This document shows positions 6,572 through 13,889 of a stretch of 16,327 bases of DNA, piece by piece. Both the position numbers and the translations under genes were made by a program. How positions within the stretch are numbered: position 1 is the stretch's first letter; the number at the start of each line of letters is the position of its first letter. The DNA comes from Conexivisphaerales archaeon. GTDB lineage: Archaea; Thermoproteota; Nitrososphaeria; Conexivisphaerales; DTJL01. Location of the stretch: positions 1 through 16,327 of the forward strand of contig JBEKZX010000033.1 of NCBI GenBank assembly GCA_049509455.1. The letters are read 5' to 3'. The notes beneath the pieces were generated by a model. It did not search any database. It saw only the letters and a list, made by a program, of their open reading frames with translations, and was not told the origin of the DNA.

Positions 6572-7249
6572 TCAGGCGGCGTTCGCGGTGCCTTCGGCGG
6601 GCAGGGGCTTGGACTTCCTTCTCCAGAAGGCGACGCGACCTGGCCTCCTAATCTTGAGTAGCGTCACGAAGAATACCGCCAGGAGTATCTTGGAGCCGTA
6701 GTTGAGCGCGAGGGCCACATGGTAGGGGTCGGCGGTGTGCAGGACGGGTGGAATGAAGAAGCCGCTCGCAAAGTATTGCGGGAAGCCGAAGAGGACCCAA
6801 ACAAGCATGCTGAGGATGAACGCAGCGAGTGCGCAAGCGCTGACCCTCTTGAAGGAAAGATGCTTCCTGACGAGCAACAACGGGATGACCATGGTAAGCT
6901 CGACGACGAGGAACTTGACATCGGTTCCCTTGAGGAACGGGAACTGGAGGGAGTATATCGGAAAGGTGAAGTGATAGATGATCTCGTAAGCCTCGAGGAA
7001 GGCGTTGGCGAAGAGGACGCCGAGGATGATTGAGTCCCCTGTTCCACGGCCTTCGCGCGCGAACTGATACTGCGACAGGAGGTAGAGGACGCTGGCTGAG
7101 CCCACCGAGAAGGGGCTGGTACCGCCAAGGGGCGAGATCCAGAACTGTTGGCGAGGAATAAGGTATAGCGAATACAGTAGGGCCAGGAGGGCGACCACTC
7201 GGAACGCCCACACGGTGAGGAACGCCGGTCCTCTGCGGATGAGCTGCAA
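6572..7249 (-). CDS. Hypothetical polytopic membrane protein (about 6 TM), family not recognised
   Basis: 225-aa ORF with coding-like codon usage, about six hydrophobic segments, basic cytoplasmic-type termini and a TTG start. Confidence 0.8.
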   Translation of the reverse strand: MQLIRRGPAFLTVWAFRVVALLALLYSLYLIPRQQFWISPLGGTSPFSVGSASVLYLLSQYQFAREGRGTGDSIILGVLFANAFLEAYEIIYHFTFPIYSLQFPFLKGTDVKFLVVELTMVIPLLLVRKHLSFKRVSACALAAFILSMLVWVLFGFPQYFASGFFIPPVLHTADPYHVALALNYGSKILLAVFFVTLLKIRRPGRVAFWRRKSKPLPAEGTANAA

Positions 7250-7389
7250 GGACCCTCTGGCCCTTCAAGGATGGCACCTACGGTTAAAGATTGTCAGAGA
7301 CGGCGGCCAGAGGTGCGGATGTAAGGATAAAATCCCGGCAACTTTTTTAGGCCGGGAATAGACACCATCGAGCTCCGCGGCGGGCTTAA

Positions 7390-7818
7390 ATGAACAGTGA
7401 AGCTGAAGATGACATCGCTGCGCTCCTTGATAAGAGGAGGAAGCAGTGGGAGAAGGAGAATTCGCAGGCAAAGGAGGGGACTTCAAACAATATCGTGGAG
7501 CTGACCGACGCCAACTTCGACAAGACGTTGAGCAGTCAGAAGCTGATGCTGGTCGATTTCTGGGCGCCATGGTGCGGTCCCTGCCGTTGGGTTTCACCCA
7601 TCTTGGAGGAGATCGCGAAGGAAAACGCAGGAAAGCTCGTCCTGGGGAAGATGAACGTGGACGAGAACCCCAGGACCTCGTACCGCTTCGGAATAGAGGG
7701 GATCCCGACTATACTGATATCGCAGAGCGGGAACGTAGTGGACAGAATAGTCGGCGCCGCTCCCAAGGAATCCCTCATAGGGAGGATTGCGCCGTTCCTG
7801 AACGGACCAGGCTCCTAG
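7390..7818 (+). CDS. trxA: Thioredoxin with a charged N-terminal extension
   Basis: VDFWAPWCGPC active site, GKMNVDENP, cis-Pro motif GIPT and VGAAPKE. About 30 extra N-terminal residues. Confidence 0.95.
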   Translation: MNSEAEDDIAALLDKRRKQWEKENSQAKEGTSNNIVELTDANFDKTLSSQKLMLVDFWAPWCGPCRWVSPILEEIAKENAGKLVLGKMNVDENPRTSYRFGIEGIPTILISQSGNVVDRIVGAAPKESLIGRIAPFLNGPGS

Positions 7819-7994
7819 GGGAACTGGGGGATCCTTCTCGGATAGCCCTCCTAGTAGGAGCATTCAGGTATGCAACGCGCTCTTCGTCCGCTGAGGGCGT
7901 CCTTTGCCGGCCTGGCTTCGCGAAAGCTGCTAGCGGCAGTCTGCTCTCAAGGCGCTCAAGCAGAGATATAGGGCTAAAGGTCCGCTTCTGCAGG

Positions 7995-8420
7995 TCAATC
8001 GGATTCCGTCTTGAGGAAGGATACTCTGAGCTGAAGCACGCCCCTCAAATTCCTGAGGTTTCGTTCTAAGACTTTCATCTCCCCGAACCGCCCACGGAGG
8101 ACTATTATCTTCAGACATCGCTTGGAATCCATGTGTACGTGTATGGAAGAGGTGATTAGCCTCATACTATGGTGCTCCAAGTCCGTCAGCGCCGCATCAA
8201 TCCCCCTCGTTTCGTGGTCATAAAGGACCAAGAGCGAACCGGTGATCGGGCTGTCGTCTCGTAGAGTCTGCGCCTGCTCCGTTATGAAGTCTCGCATCGT
8301 CGCCTGCAGGGCCTTCGAGCGATCCTTGAAGCCAGCCCTGGTCGCCGCCTCGTCGAACTTGGACAATAGCTCGGGTGGAAGTGACAGGCTCACTCTGGCC
8401 ACACCTCCTCTTGGGTGCAT
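7995..8420 (-). CDS. nikR: Nickel-responsive regulator NikR (canonical Ni site)
   Basis: RHH strand ARVSLSLP and RSKALQ helix. Metal site EHH-x9-HVH-x5-C gives H83/H94/H96/C102, with the same +11/+13/+19 spacing as E. coli H76/H87/H89/C95. ATG at 8420 has GGAGG 7 nt upstream; alternative TTG at 8444. Confidence 0.92.
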   Translation of the reverse strand: MHPRGGVARVSLSLPPELLSKFDEAATRAGFKDRSKALQATMRDFITEQAQTLRDDSPITGSLLVLYDHETRGIDAALTDLEHHSMRLITSSIHVHMDSKRCLKIIVLRGRFGEMKVLERNLRNLRGVLQLRVSFLKTESD

Positions 8421-8448
8421 CAATCTGCCTCCGGTATTACTCAAGCAA

Positions 8449-8457
8449 GCTATAAAC
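8449..8457 (-). promoter_or_regulatory. TATA-like element GTTTATAGC of nikR
   Basis: Lies about 30 nt upstream of the nikR ATG; identical to 6550-6558. Confidence 0.5.
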
Positions 8458-8464
8458 TAGATTA

Positions 8465-8492
8465 GTATTACCAACGACAAAGATTTTAATAC
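8465..8492. promoter_or_regulatory. NikR operator GTATTA-N16-TAATAC overlapping the TATA box of nikMN
   Basis: Perfect 6-bp inverted repeat with a 16-nt spacer, the same geometry as the E. coli NikR operator GTATGA-N16-TCATAC. The right arm overlaps TTTTAATA (8484-8491), about 28 nt before the GTG at 8516. Confidence 0.8.
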
Positions 8493-8515
8493 CGTCGCAG
8501 CGCCTCGCATGGGTC

Positions 8516-9592
8516 GTGCACATTCCCGACGGATACCTTGGACCACTTACGTGCGTCTTCTTCTTCGTCATCATGATTCCCTTGTGGTTCCTCGCGTCCA
8601 GGAAGGTCGAAGGGAGCCTCAAGACCAGGCAGATACCATGGCTCGCCTTCGGCGTGGCCTTCTCGTTCATCATCATGATGTTCAACTTCCCCGCCCCCGG
8701 CGGGACGACGGGCCATGCAGTGGGCGCGGCCATCCTGGCCCTGACCCTGGGCCCGTGGTGCGGCTTCCTAGGGGTCACTGGCGCGTTGTTGATTCAGGCG
8801 CTCCTGTTCGGTGACGGGGGGATAACGACATTCGCAGCTAACTCTTTCAACATGGGCCTCGTAATGTCCTTCGTCAGCTACTTTGTCTACAGGGTGCTGG
8901 CTGCGCGCGCACCTCTCCTCTCTCGCCGCCGTTGGCTGGCTGCGGCCGCATCCGCATATATCGGCCTGAACGCCGCCGCCTTCTGTTGTGCTGTGGAGCT
9001 CGGACTCCAGCCCTTGCTGTACCACACCGCGGACGGCACTCCACTGTATGCTCCCTTCCCGCTGTCGGTGACCATTCCTGCCATGTTCATATCGTACGGG
9101 CTCATCTTCGGGTTAGTCGACGCGGCGGCGACTGGTTTCCTAGTGTCCTATCTGTTACGGTCCGACCCTTCCCTGCTGGCCCCCAGCATCACGAGGAGCA
9201 TCCCGAGCCTTTCAGCCAGCGTGCCCGTCGCGAAGGTGGAGGGGATGACATCGTCCGATGGCCGTTCCTGGACCAGGAGGCTTTGGATCCTCCTGGGCGC
9301 GCTGGTGGTGCTGGTCCCTCTGGGCCTCCTCGCCCCGGGCGAGGCCTTCGCCGAATGGGGGGCTAGCAAGCTGGAGTCTCTGGTCAGGTTCGCTCCTGCT
9401 GGGCTCACGGGCATGGAGGGACTGTATAGCGCTCCTATGGCGGGCTACAGCCTGCCGGGGCTTGCCAGCTTCACGTCGCTGAGCCTGGCATACGTGCTCT
9501 CGGCCGCCGTGGGCACATCCGTCCTCGGCCTCCTTTTGTTTGGGTGGTACAGGATCCGCTCTAAGGGGGAGGGGGCCCAACGCGATTCCTGA
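8516..9592 (+). CDS. nikMN: ECF nickel transporter S component NikM fused to a NikN (PDGLE-like) domain
   Basis: N-terminal metal-binding MHIPDGYL (NikM-type rather than the MHIMEG CbiM-type), GGTTGHAVG and LLFGDGGITT. The C-terminal two-TM NikN-like domain follows a linker. Adjacent to nikR. Confidence 0.88.
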   Translation: MHIPDGYLGPLTCVFFFVIMIPLWFLASRKVEGSLKTRQIPWLAFGVAFSFIIMMFNFPAPGGTTGHAVGAAILALTLGPWCGFLGVTGALLIQALLFGDGGITTFAANSFNMGLVMSFVSYFVYRVLAARAPLLSRRRWLAAAASAYIGLNAAAFCCAVELGLQPLLYHTADGTPLYAPFPLSVTIPAMFISYGLIFGLVDAAATGFLVSYLLRSDPSLLAPSITRSIPSLSASVPVAKVEGMTSSDGRSWTRRLWILLGALVVLVPLGLLAPGEAFAEWGASKLESLVRFAPAGLTGMEGLYSAPMAGYSLPGLASFTSLSLAYVLSAAVGTSVLGLLLFGWYRIRSKGEGAQRDS

Positions 9593-10517
9593 ATGGTTGA
9601 AGCAGGGATCAGCCACCGGTCCCTGTCCACCCTCCACCGCCTCCGGCCCAGGCAAGAAGAGCACTCTAGACTGGATGATAGGAGCCTTCGCCAGTTTCTT
9701 CAGTGAGTCCAGCTATTCGGAAGGATACGCAAGGGCGGAAGGGCTGCTGCAGTCCGTCGATCCGCGCTTCAAGCTCGTGGGAATGCTGGCCCTCCTCGTG
9801 TGCGTCATCTTCGTCACCCGCGTGGAATGGGTGCTGGCCGTCATCGCCGTCACCTTGCTCCTGGCGGTCGCCTCGAGCGTAAGGCTCGGTTACTATCTGA
9901 AGAGGGTCTGGCTCTTCGTTCCACTGTTCACCTTGGTCATCGCAGCGCCAGCCATGTTCAGCTTCGTAGTCCCGGGGAAGCCTCTTCTTGTGCTTTTGAC
10001 AAGGGGGCAGGTTCTGGGCCCACTGGTGTCCCCCTGGACGATAGCGTTGACGGTCCAAGGTGTGACCGGCGCGATCCTCTTCGTCATGAGGACTGGCGCT
10101 GCCGTATCGCTCGTCGTGCTTCTGGCTATGACGACCCCCTGGACTGACCTGCTGGCCTCGCTCGAAAGCCTGAAGGTCCCCAGGGCCTTCGTCATGGTAC
10201 TCGGGATGACCTACAGATACGTCTTCGTCCTCGTCGGAATCGCACAGGATATGTCCTTGGCGATGAAGAGCAGGATGCTGAGGCCCGAGCGGACCGGGGA
10301 CATGAGGAAGCGGCTGGGCTCCATCATCGGAGTTCTGTTCCGTCGCTCGATGAACATGAGCGAACTTGTCAACCTGGCCATGATCTCCCGGGGTTACGAC
10401 GGCAGGGTGAGGAAGGCCACGGCCTTCCGATCCGAGCCGTTCGACTGGGCATTTCTAGGCTTCCTCATCATGATCGCACTCATCCTCCTGACAATTCGCA
10501 ACGTCGCGGTGATATGA
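9585..10517 (+). CDS. nikQ: ECF nickel/cobalt transporter T component NikQ/CbiQ (start uncertain: TTG 9540, ATT 9585 or TTG 9597)
   Basis: GLLQSVDPRFKL, LKRVWLFVPLF, LAMTTPWTDLLASL, MTYRYVFVL and the Arg-containing coupling motifs AMKSR and AMISRGYDG. Confidence 0.9.
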   Translation: MPEWLKQGSATGPCPPSTASGPGKKSTLDWMIGAFASFFSESSYSEGYARAEGLLQSVDPRFKLVGMLALLVCVIFVTRVEWVLAVIAVTLLLAVASSVRLGYYLKRVWLFVPLFTLVIAAPAMFSFVVPGKPLLVLLTRGQVLGPLVSPWTIALTVQGVTGAILFVMRTGAAVSLVVLLAMTTPWTDLLASLESLKVPRAFVMVLGMTYRYVFVLVGIAQDMSLAMKSRMLRPERTGDMRKRLGSIIGVLFRRSMNMSELVNLAMISRGYDGRVRKATAFRSEPFDWAFLGFLIMIALILLTIRNVAVI

Positions 10518-10518
10518 C

Positions 10519-11334
10519 ATGGCCCAAGAAGGAGAGCCCGTCTACCGGCTCGACGGTGTCTGCTATGACTATGCCGGAGGCCGTCCCGCGCTCAGGAACG
10601 TCTCCATGGAAGTCAAGCAGGGGGACTCCATCTCCATACTGGGAGCGAACGGATCTGGGAAATCGACGCTCCTCAAGCTGATGGACGCTCTGATCTTCCC
10701 CTCGCGGGGGACCATCAAAGCCTTCGGGTCTCCTCTGACCGAAGGAGGAATGGAGCTGAACAGAAGTGAGTATGCCCGCTATTTCAGACGTAAGGTGGGG
10801 ATGGTGTTCCAGGACGCCGATTCTCAGCTCTTCTCGCCCGTGGTCTGGGAGGAGGTGTCCTTCGCTCCTTTCCAGCTAGAGTTGGACCAGGGCGAAGCGC
10901 AGAGGCGTGTAGACGACGTCCTCTCGCTCCTGGGGATATTGAGCCTCAAAGACAGGAGCCCTCAGGCGTTGAGCCAAGGTGAAAAGAGAAAGGTGGCTAT
11001 TGCGGCCGTCCTCTCATCGGCTCCCGACGTCCTCCTGCTGGACGAGCCCAGCGCGGACCTCGACCCCCGCACTCGCGTTTGGCTACAGGACTTCCTCAGG
11101 GAGCTGAATCAGGGAGGCAAGACCATCGTGACGGCTACGCATGACCTGGAGCTAGCCTACGAGACCTCCAACCGCTGCATAATCCTCGACGAGCAGCACA
11201 GGATGGTCGCCCAAGGTCAGACGGAGGAGCTCCTTGAAGACACTGACCTTCTCCTGAGAGCCAATCTCATTCACGAGCATGCGCACAGGCATGGCCCCCT
11301 GTCCCACTCTCATCCGCACGCGCATCCAGAATAG
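10519..11334 (+). CDS. nikO: ECF nickel/cobalt transporter ATPase NikO/CbiO
   Basis: Walker A GANGSGKST, VGMVFQDADSQLF, signature LSQGEKR, Walker B LLLDEPS and ATHD. His-rich C-terminal tail. Confidence 0.92.
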   Translation: MAQEGEPVYRLDGVCYDYAGGRPALRNVSMEVKQGDSISILGANGSGKSTLLKLMDALIFPSRGTIKAFGSPLTEGGMELNRSEYARYFRRKVGMVFQDADSQLFSPVVWEEVSFAPFQLELDQGEAQRRVDDVLSLLGILSLKDRSPQALSQGEKRKVAIAAVLSSAPDVLLLDEPSADLDPRTRVWLQDFLRELNQGGKTIVTATHDLELAYETSNRCIILDEQHRMVAQGQTEELLEDTDLLLRANLIHEHAHRHGPLSHSHPHAHPE

Positions 11335-11386
11335 AGGGAGGGAGCCCCCGGTCTGGGATAGCGAAATCCAAGCTTGCAAGAGATAT

Positions 11387-11410
11387 GGGGTACCCCGTCC
11401 ATCGGGACGG
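11387..11410. terminator. Possible terminator-type hairpin/palindrome between convergent nikO and ask
   Basis: GGGGTACCCC palindrome (11387-11396) overlapping the hairpin CCGTCC-ATCG-GGACGG (11395-11410). No U-tract. Confidence 0.25.
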
Positions 11411-11434
11411 CGACTCGGTCGGCAAGGGAAGTCT

Positions 11435-12847
11435 CTATCGCTCGGCCCTGGCGAGATCGAACTCGGCGTGGATGGCCTGTATCGAAGACGTGCTGTCGGA
11501 CTCCTTGACGACGAGTGAGAAGCCCATCTCCGAAGAGCCCTGGGCTATCATCCTCACGTTGACCCCCTTCTTGGCGACGGCCGAGAACACCCTAGCCGCT
11601 ACGCCTGGGGTGTCCTTAACCCCGGCTCCCACCACGGAGACTACGCAGACGCCATCTTCAGAGGTCACTTCGCGAATCAGACCGCTCCCGAGGAGCGATA
11701 TCTCGAGAGCGCTGACAGCTTTCTCGAGCACGCTGTCCCTGATCACGAAAGAGATGTTGGCTTCTGACACACTCTGTGAAATCATCATGATGTTGATCCC
11801 ATTCCTGCCCAGGATCTCGAACACTTTCGCTGCGGTCCCGGGGACGCCAACGATGCCCGCCCCGCTGACGGTCACGACCCCCACGTTCCTGGCGACGGTC
11901 ATGGCCTTGACGGGGCTGTGGGCCCTAACCTTCTGATCCTTGACTATGAGCGTCCCCGGGTTCTTCGGGTTGAAAACGTTCCTTATTCTGACGGGGATAC
12001 CGGCTTCCAGCGCCGGTTCCAGCGCCCGCGGGTGCATCGCCTTGGCCCCGAAGACGATCATCTCGACGGCTTCCTGGAAGGACAGCTCCTGCAGGACGGC
12101 CGAATCAGGCATGATCCTCGGGTCACACGTCATCAGCCCATCCACATCGGTCCAAATCCAAACTTCATCGGCCGATACGGCGGCCCCTATCAGCGTGGCC
12201 GTGTAGTCCGAGCCACCCCTTCCCAGGGTGGTGATGGCGCCTTCCTGGGATTCGCCGATGAACCCGGCGACGACCGGAACCACGCCTTCCGCCAGGAGCG
12301 AGGAGACCTTACGTTCGACCTCAGCGTAGGTCACACCCTTCAGCGGATGCGCCTCCCCGAAGTTCGAATCCGTGAGAATCCCCGCCTCACCCCCAGTAAG
12401 GGACCTAGCTGGCACGCCCAAGGAGCTCAGGGCTGCCGCGACTATGGGAGTGGAGAGCCTTTCGCCGAACGAGAGGATGTTGTCCTTCGACCTGGGGGAC
12501 ACCTCTCGCACGTAGGCCACTCCCGTCAGCACCTTGTGCAGGTCGGCCACCTTCGTCGTGATGTCAACCTTGATCTCGTCCAGGGACCGGCGGTCCGCGA
12601 CGGCACCCTCGGCCACTCCCAGGTGCTTGGAGAGGATCCCGTTCCTGAACTCTTCTATGAAAGGGCCGTCGCCCTCCTGGCATCGCTCAGCCGCCATCAC
12701 GAGGTCCTCGGTGACTCCGTCCAGCGCTGAAACCACGGCGACGACCTGATGGCCCTGGGTCCTGTAGGTCTGGATAAGTTTGGCTACCTTCCGTATCCTA
12801 GGGCCGGTCGCGACGGCGGTTCCACCGAACTTCATGATGTACTTCAT
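11435..12847 (-). CDS. ask: Aspartate kinase (monofunctional, two ACT domains); alternative TTG start at 12856
   Basis: MKFGGTAV, VVAVVSA, SFGERLS, ITTLGRGGSDYTA, WTDVDGLMTCDPR, GAKAMHP and C-terminal ACT repeats. Confidence 0.96.
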   Translation of the reverse strand: MKYIMKFGGTAVATGPRIRKVAKLIQTYRTQGHQVVAVVSALDGVTEDLVMAAERCQEGDGPFIEEFRNGILSKHLGVAEGAVADRRSLDEIKVDITTKVADLHKVLTGVAYVREVSPRSKDNILSFGERLSTPIVAAALSSLGVPARSLTGGEAGILTDSNFGEAHPLKGVTYAEVERKVSSLLAEGVVPVVAGFIGESQEGAITTLGRGGSDYTATLIGAAVSADEVWIWTDVDGLMTCDPRIMPDSAVLQELSFQEAVEMIVFGAKAMHPRALEPALEAGIPVRIRNVFNPKNPGTLIVKDQKVRAHSPVKAMTVARNVGVVTVSGAGIVGVPGTAAKVFEILGRNGINIMMISQSVSEANISFVIRDSVLEKAVSALEISLLGSGLIREVTSEDGVCVVSVVGAGVKDTPGVAARVFSAVAKKGVNVRMIAQGSSEMGFSLVVKESDSTSSIQAIHAEFDLARAER

Positions 12848-12859
12848 CTTACTCAACTC

Positions 12860-13888
12860 TCAGCTCAAGGCGGAGGTCGTTTCGGCAAGGGTCTGCTTCA
12901 CTTCGATGAGGTCCCTGAGGATGGCGCTGGCGGTCTCGGGGCCTCCAGCGCCCCTTCCCACTATGGTCTCCTCGCCGGCGAACTCCGACACGAAGGTCAC
13001 GGCGTTCAGCACGCCGCTGACGGCAAGCGGGTTCTGCCTGTCCATCTCCGTAGGCCGGACCTTCAACCCGCCGTCTATGGTAGCCAAGAGCTTGATGGTG
13101 CGGCCGGCGGCCCTGGCGCGGCGCATGTCATCCAAGGTGACCCCGCGAATGCCAGTCACGTCGACGTCCTTCAATGTGCACTTCCTCTTCATCGTCCAGT
13201 TGGCGAGGATCACAAGCTTCGCGGCCGAGTCCACTCCATCCACATCACCGGAAGGGTCCGCCTCGGCATAGCCCAGCTCTTGCGCCCCGGCTAGAGCTTC
13301 ATCGAAGGAGATGCCCCTCTCGTCCATCTCGGTGAGAACGTAATTCGTGGTGCCGTTGAGGATGCCCCTTATCGCCAGCACCCTGTCGCCCTGGAGGAAC
13401 CTCCCGATCTCCAGCACCGGGGTCCCTCCCCCCACCGTGCCGCTGAATCTCAGGGATACGTGGTTGAATTTGGCCAGCCCCTCCAGAGTCGGCAAAGCCA
13501 GCGCCAGAGGTCCCTTGTTGGAAGTCACCACGTGCCTCCGGGCCATGAAGGCCGCCTTGATGTGAGAAATGGCCGGCTCACCGCTACGCAAGTCGGTGGG
13601 CGTGGCCTCCACGACAGCCTCGGCGGCTACGTCTCGTATCACCTCCATCGGGCCTAGGGAAGGGTGACCGAAGCCCGGAACGGCCGCCACTGTTCCCTCC
13701 TCCGCCTTGCTCCTGAGGAGGGTCGCAAGATCTAACCCCTTTGGGTTCACGGCGGCGCCTCCGCGGTCGACGACGGCGACAATCCGCGGGCGGAAGCCAT
13801 GGAGGTCGAGCAGCTCCTCCTTCCTCGTCACCAGCATCTTCACGAGGCTCTGGTTGACCACGCCGAAGCCGAGCAGTACGATCCTCAG
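12860..13888 (-). CDS. hom: Homoserine dehydrogenase (no ACT domain); probable CTG start at 13888
   Basis: RIVLLGFGVV, VVTSNKGPLA, TVGGGTP, GILNGTTNY, AQELGYAEADP..DVDGVDSAAKL and GRGAGG.ETASA. The ORF-track extension to 13969 overlaps thrC and looks non-homologous. Confidence 0.95.
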   Translation of the reverse strand: MRIVLLGFGVVNQSLVKMLVTRKEELLDLHGFRPRIVAVVDRGGAAVNPKGLDLATLLRSKAEEGTVAAVPGFGHPSLGPMEVIRDVAAEAVVEATPTDLRSGEPAISHIKAAFMARRHVVTSNKGPLALALPTLEGLAKFNHVSLRFSGTVGGGTPVLEIGRFLQGDRVLAIRGILNGTTNYVLTEMDERGISFDEALAGAQELGYAEADPSGDVDGVDSAAKLVILANWTMKRKCTLKDVDVTGIRGVTLDDMRRARAAGRTIKLLATIDGGLKVRPTEMDRQNPLAVSGVLNAVTFVSEFAGEETIVGRGAGGPETASAILRDLIEVKQTLAETTSALS

Positions 13889-13889
13889 C

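Noticed and set aside
7220-7249. RR pair (MQLIRRGPAFL) as a Tat signal, given tatA nearby
   Set aside because: Does not fit S/T-R-R-x-F-L-K; more likely positive-inside residues of a polytopic protein.
7848-7860. Palindrome CTCCTA-G-TAGGAG, with CTCCTAG also at 7812-7818 and 6033-6039
   Set aside because: Short, located downstream of gene ends and with no consistent spacing; plausibly chance.
11918-13294. Long plus-strand ORFs antisense to ask and hom (270, 181 and 163 aa)
   Set aside because: Shadows of well-supported minus-strand enzymes; no independent motifs.
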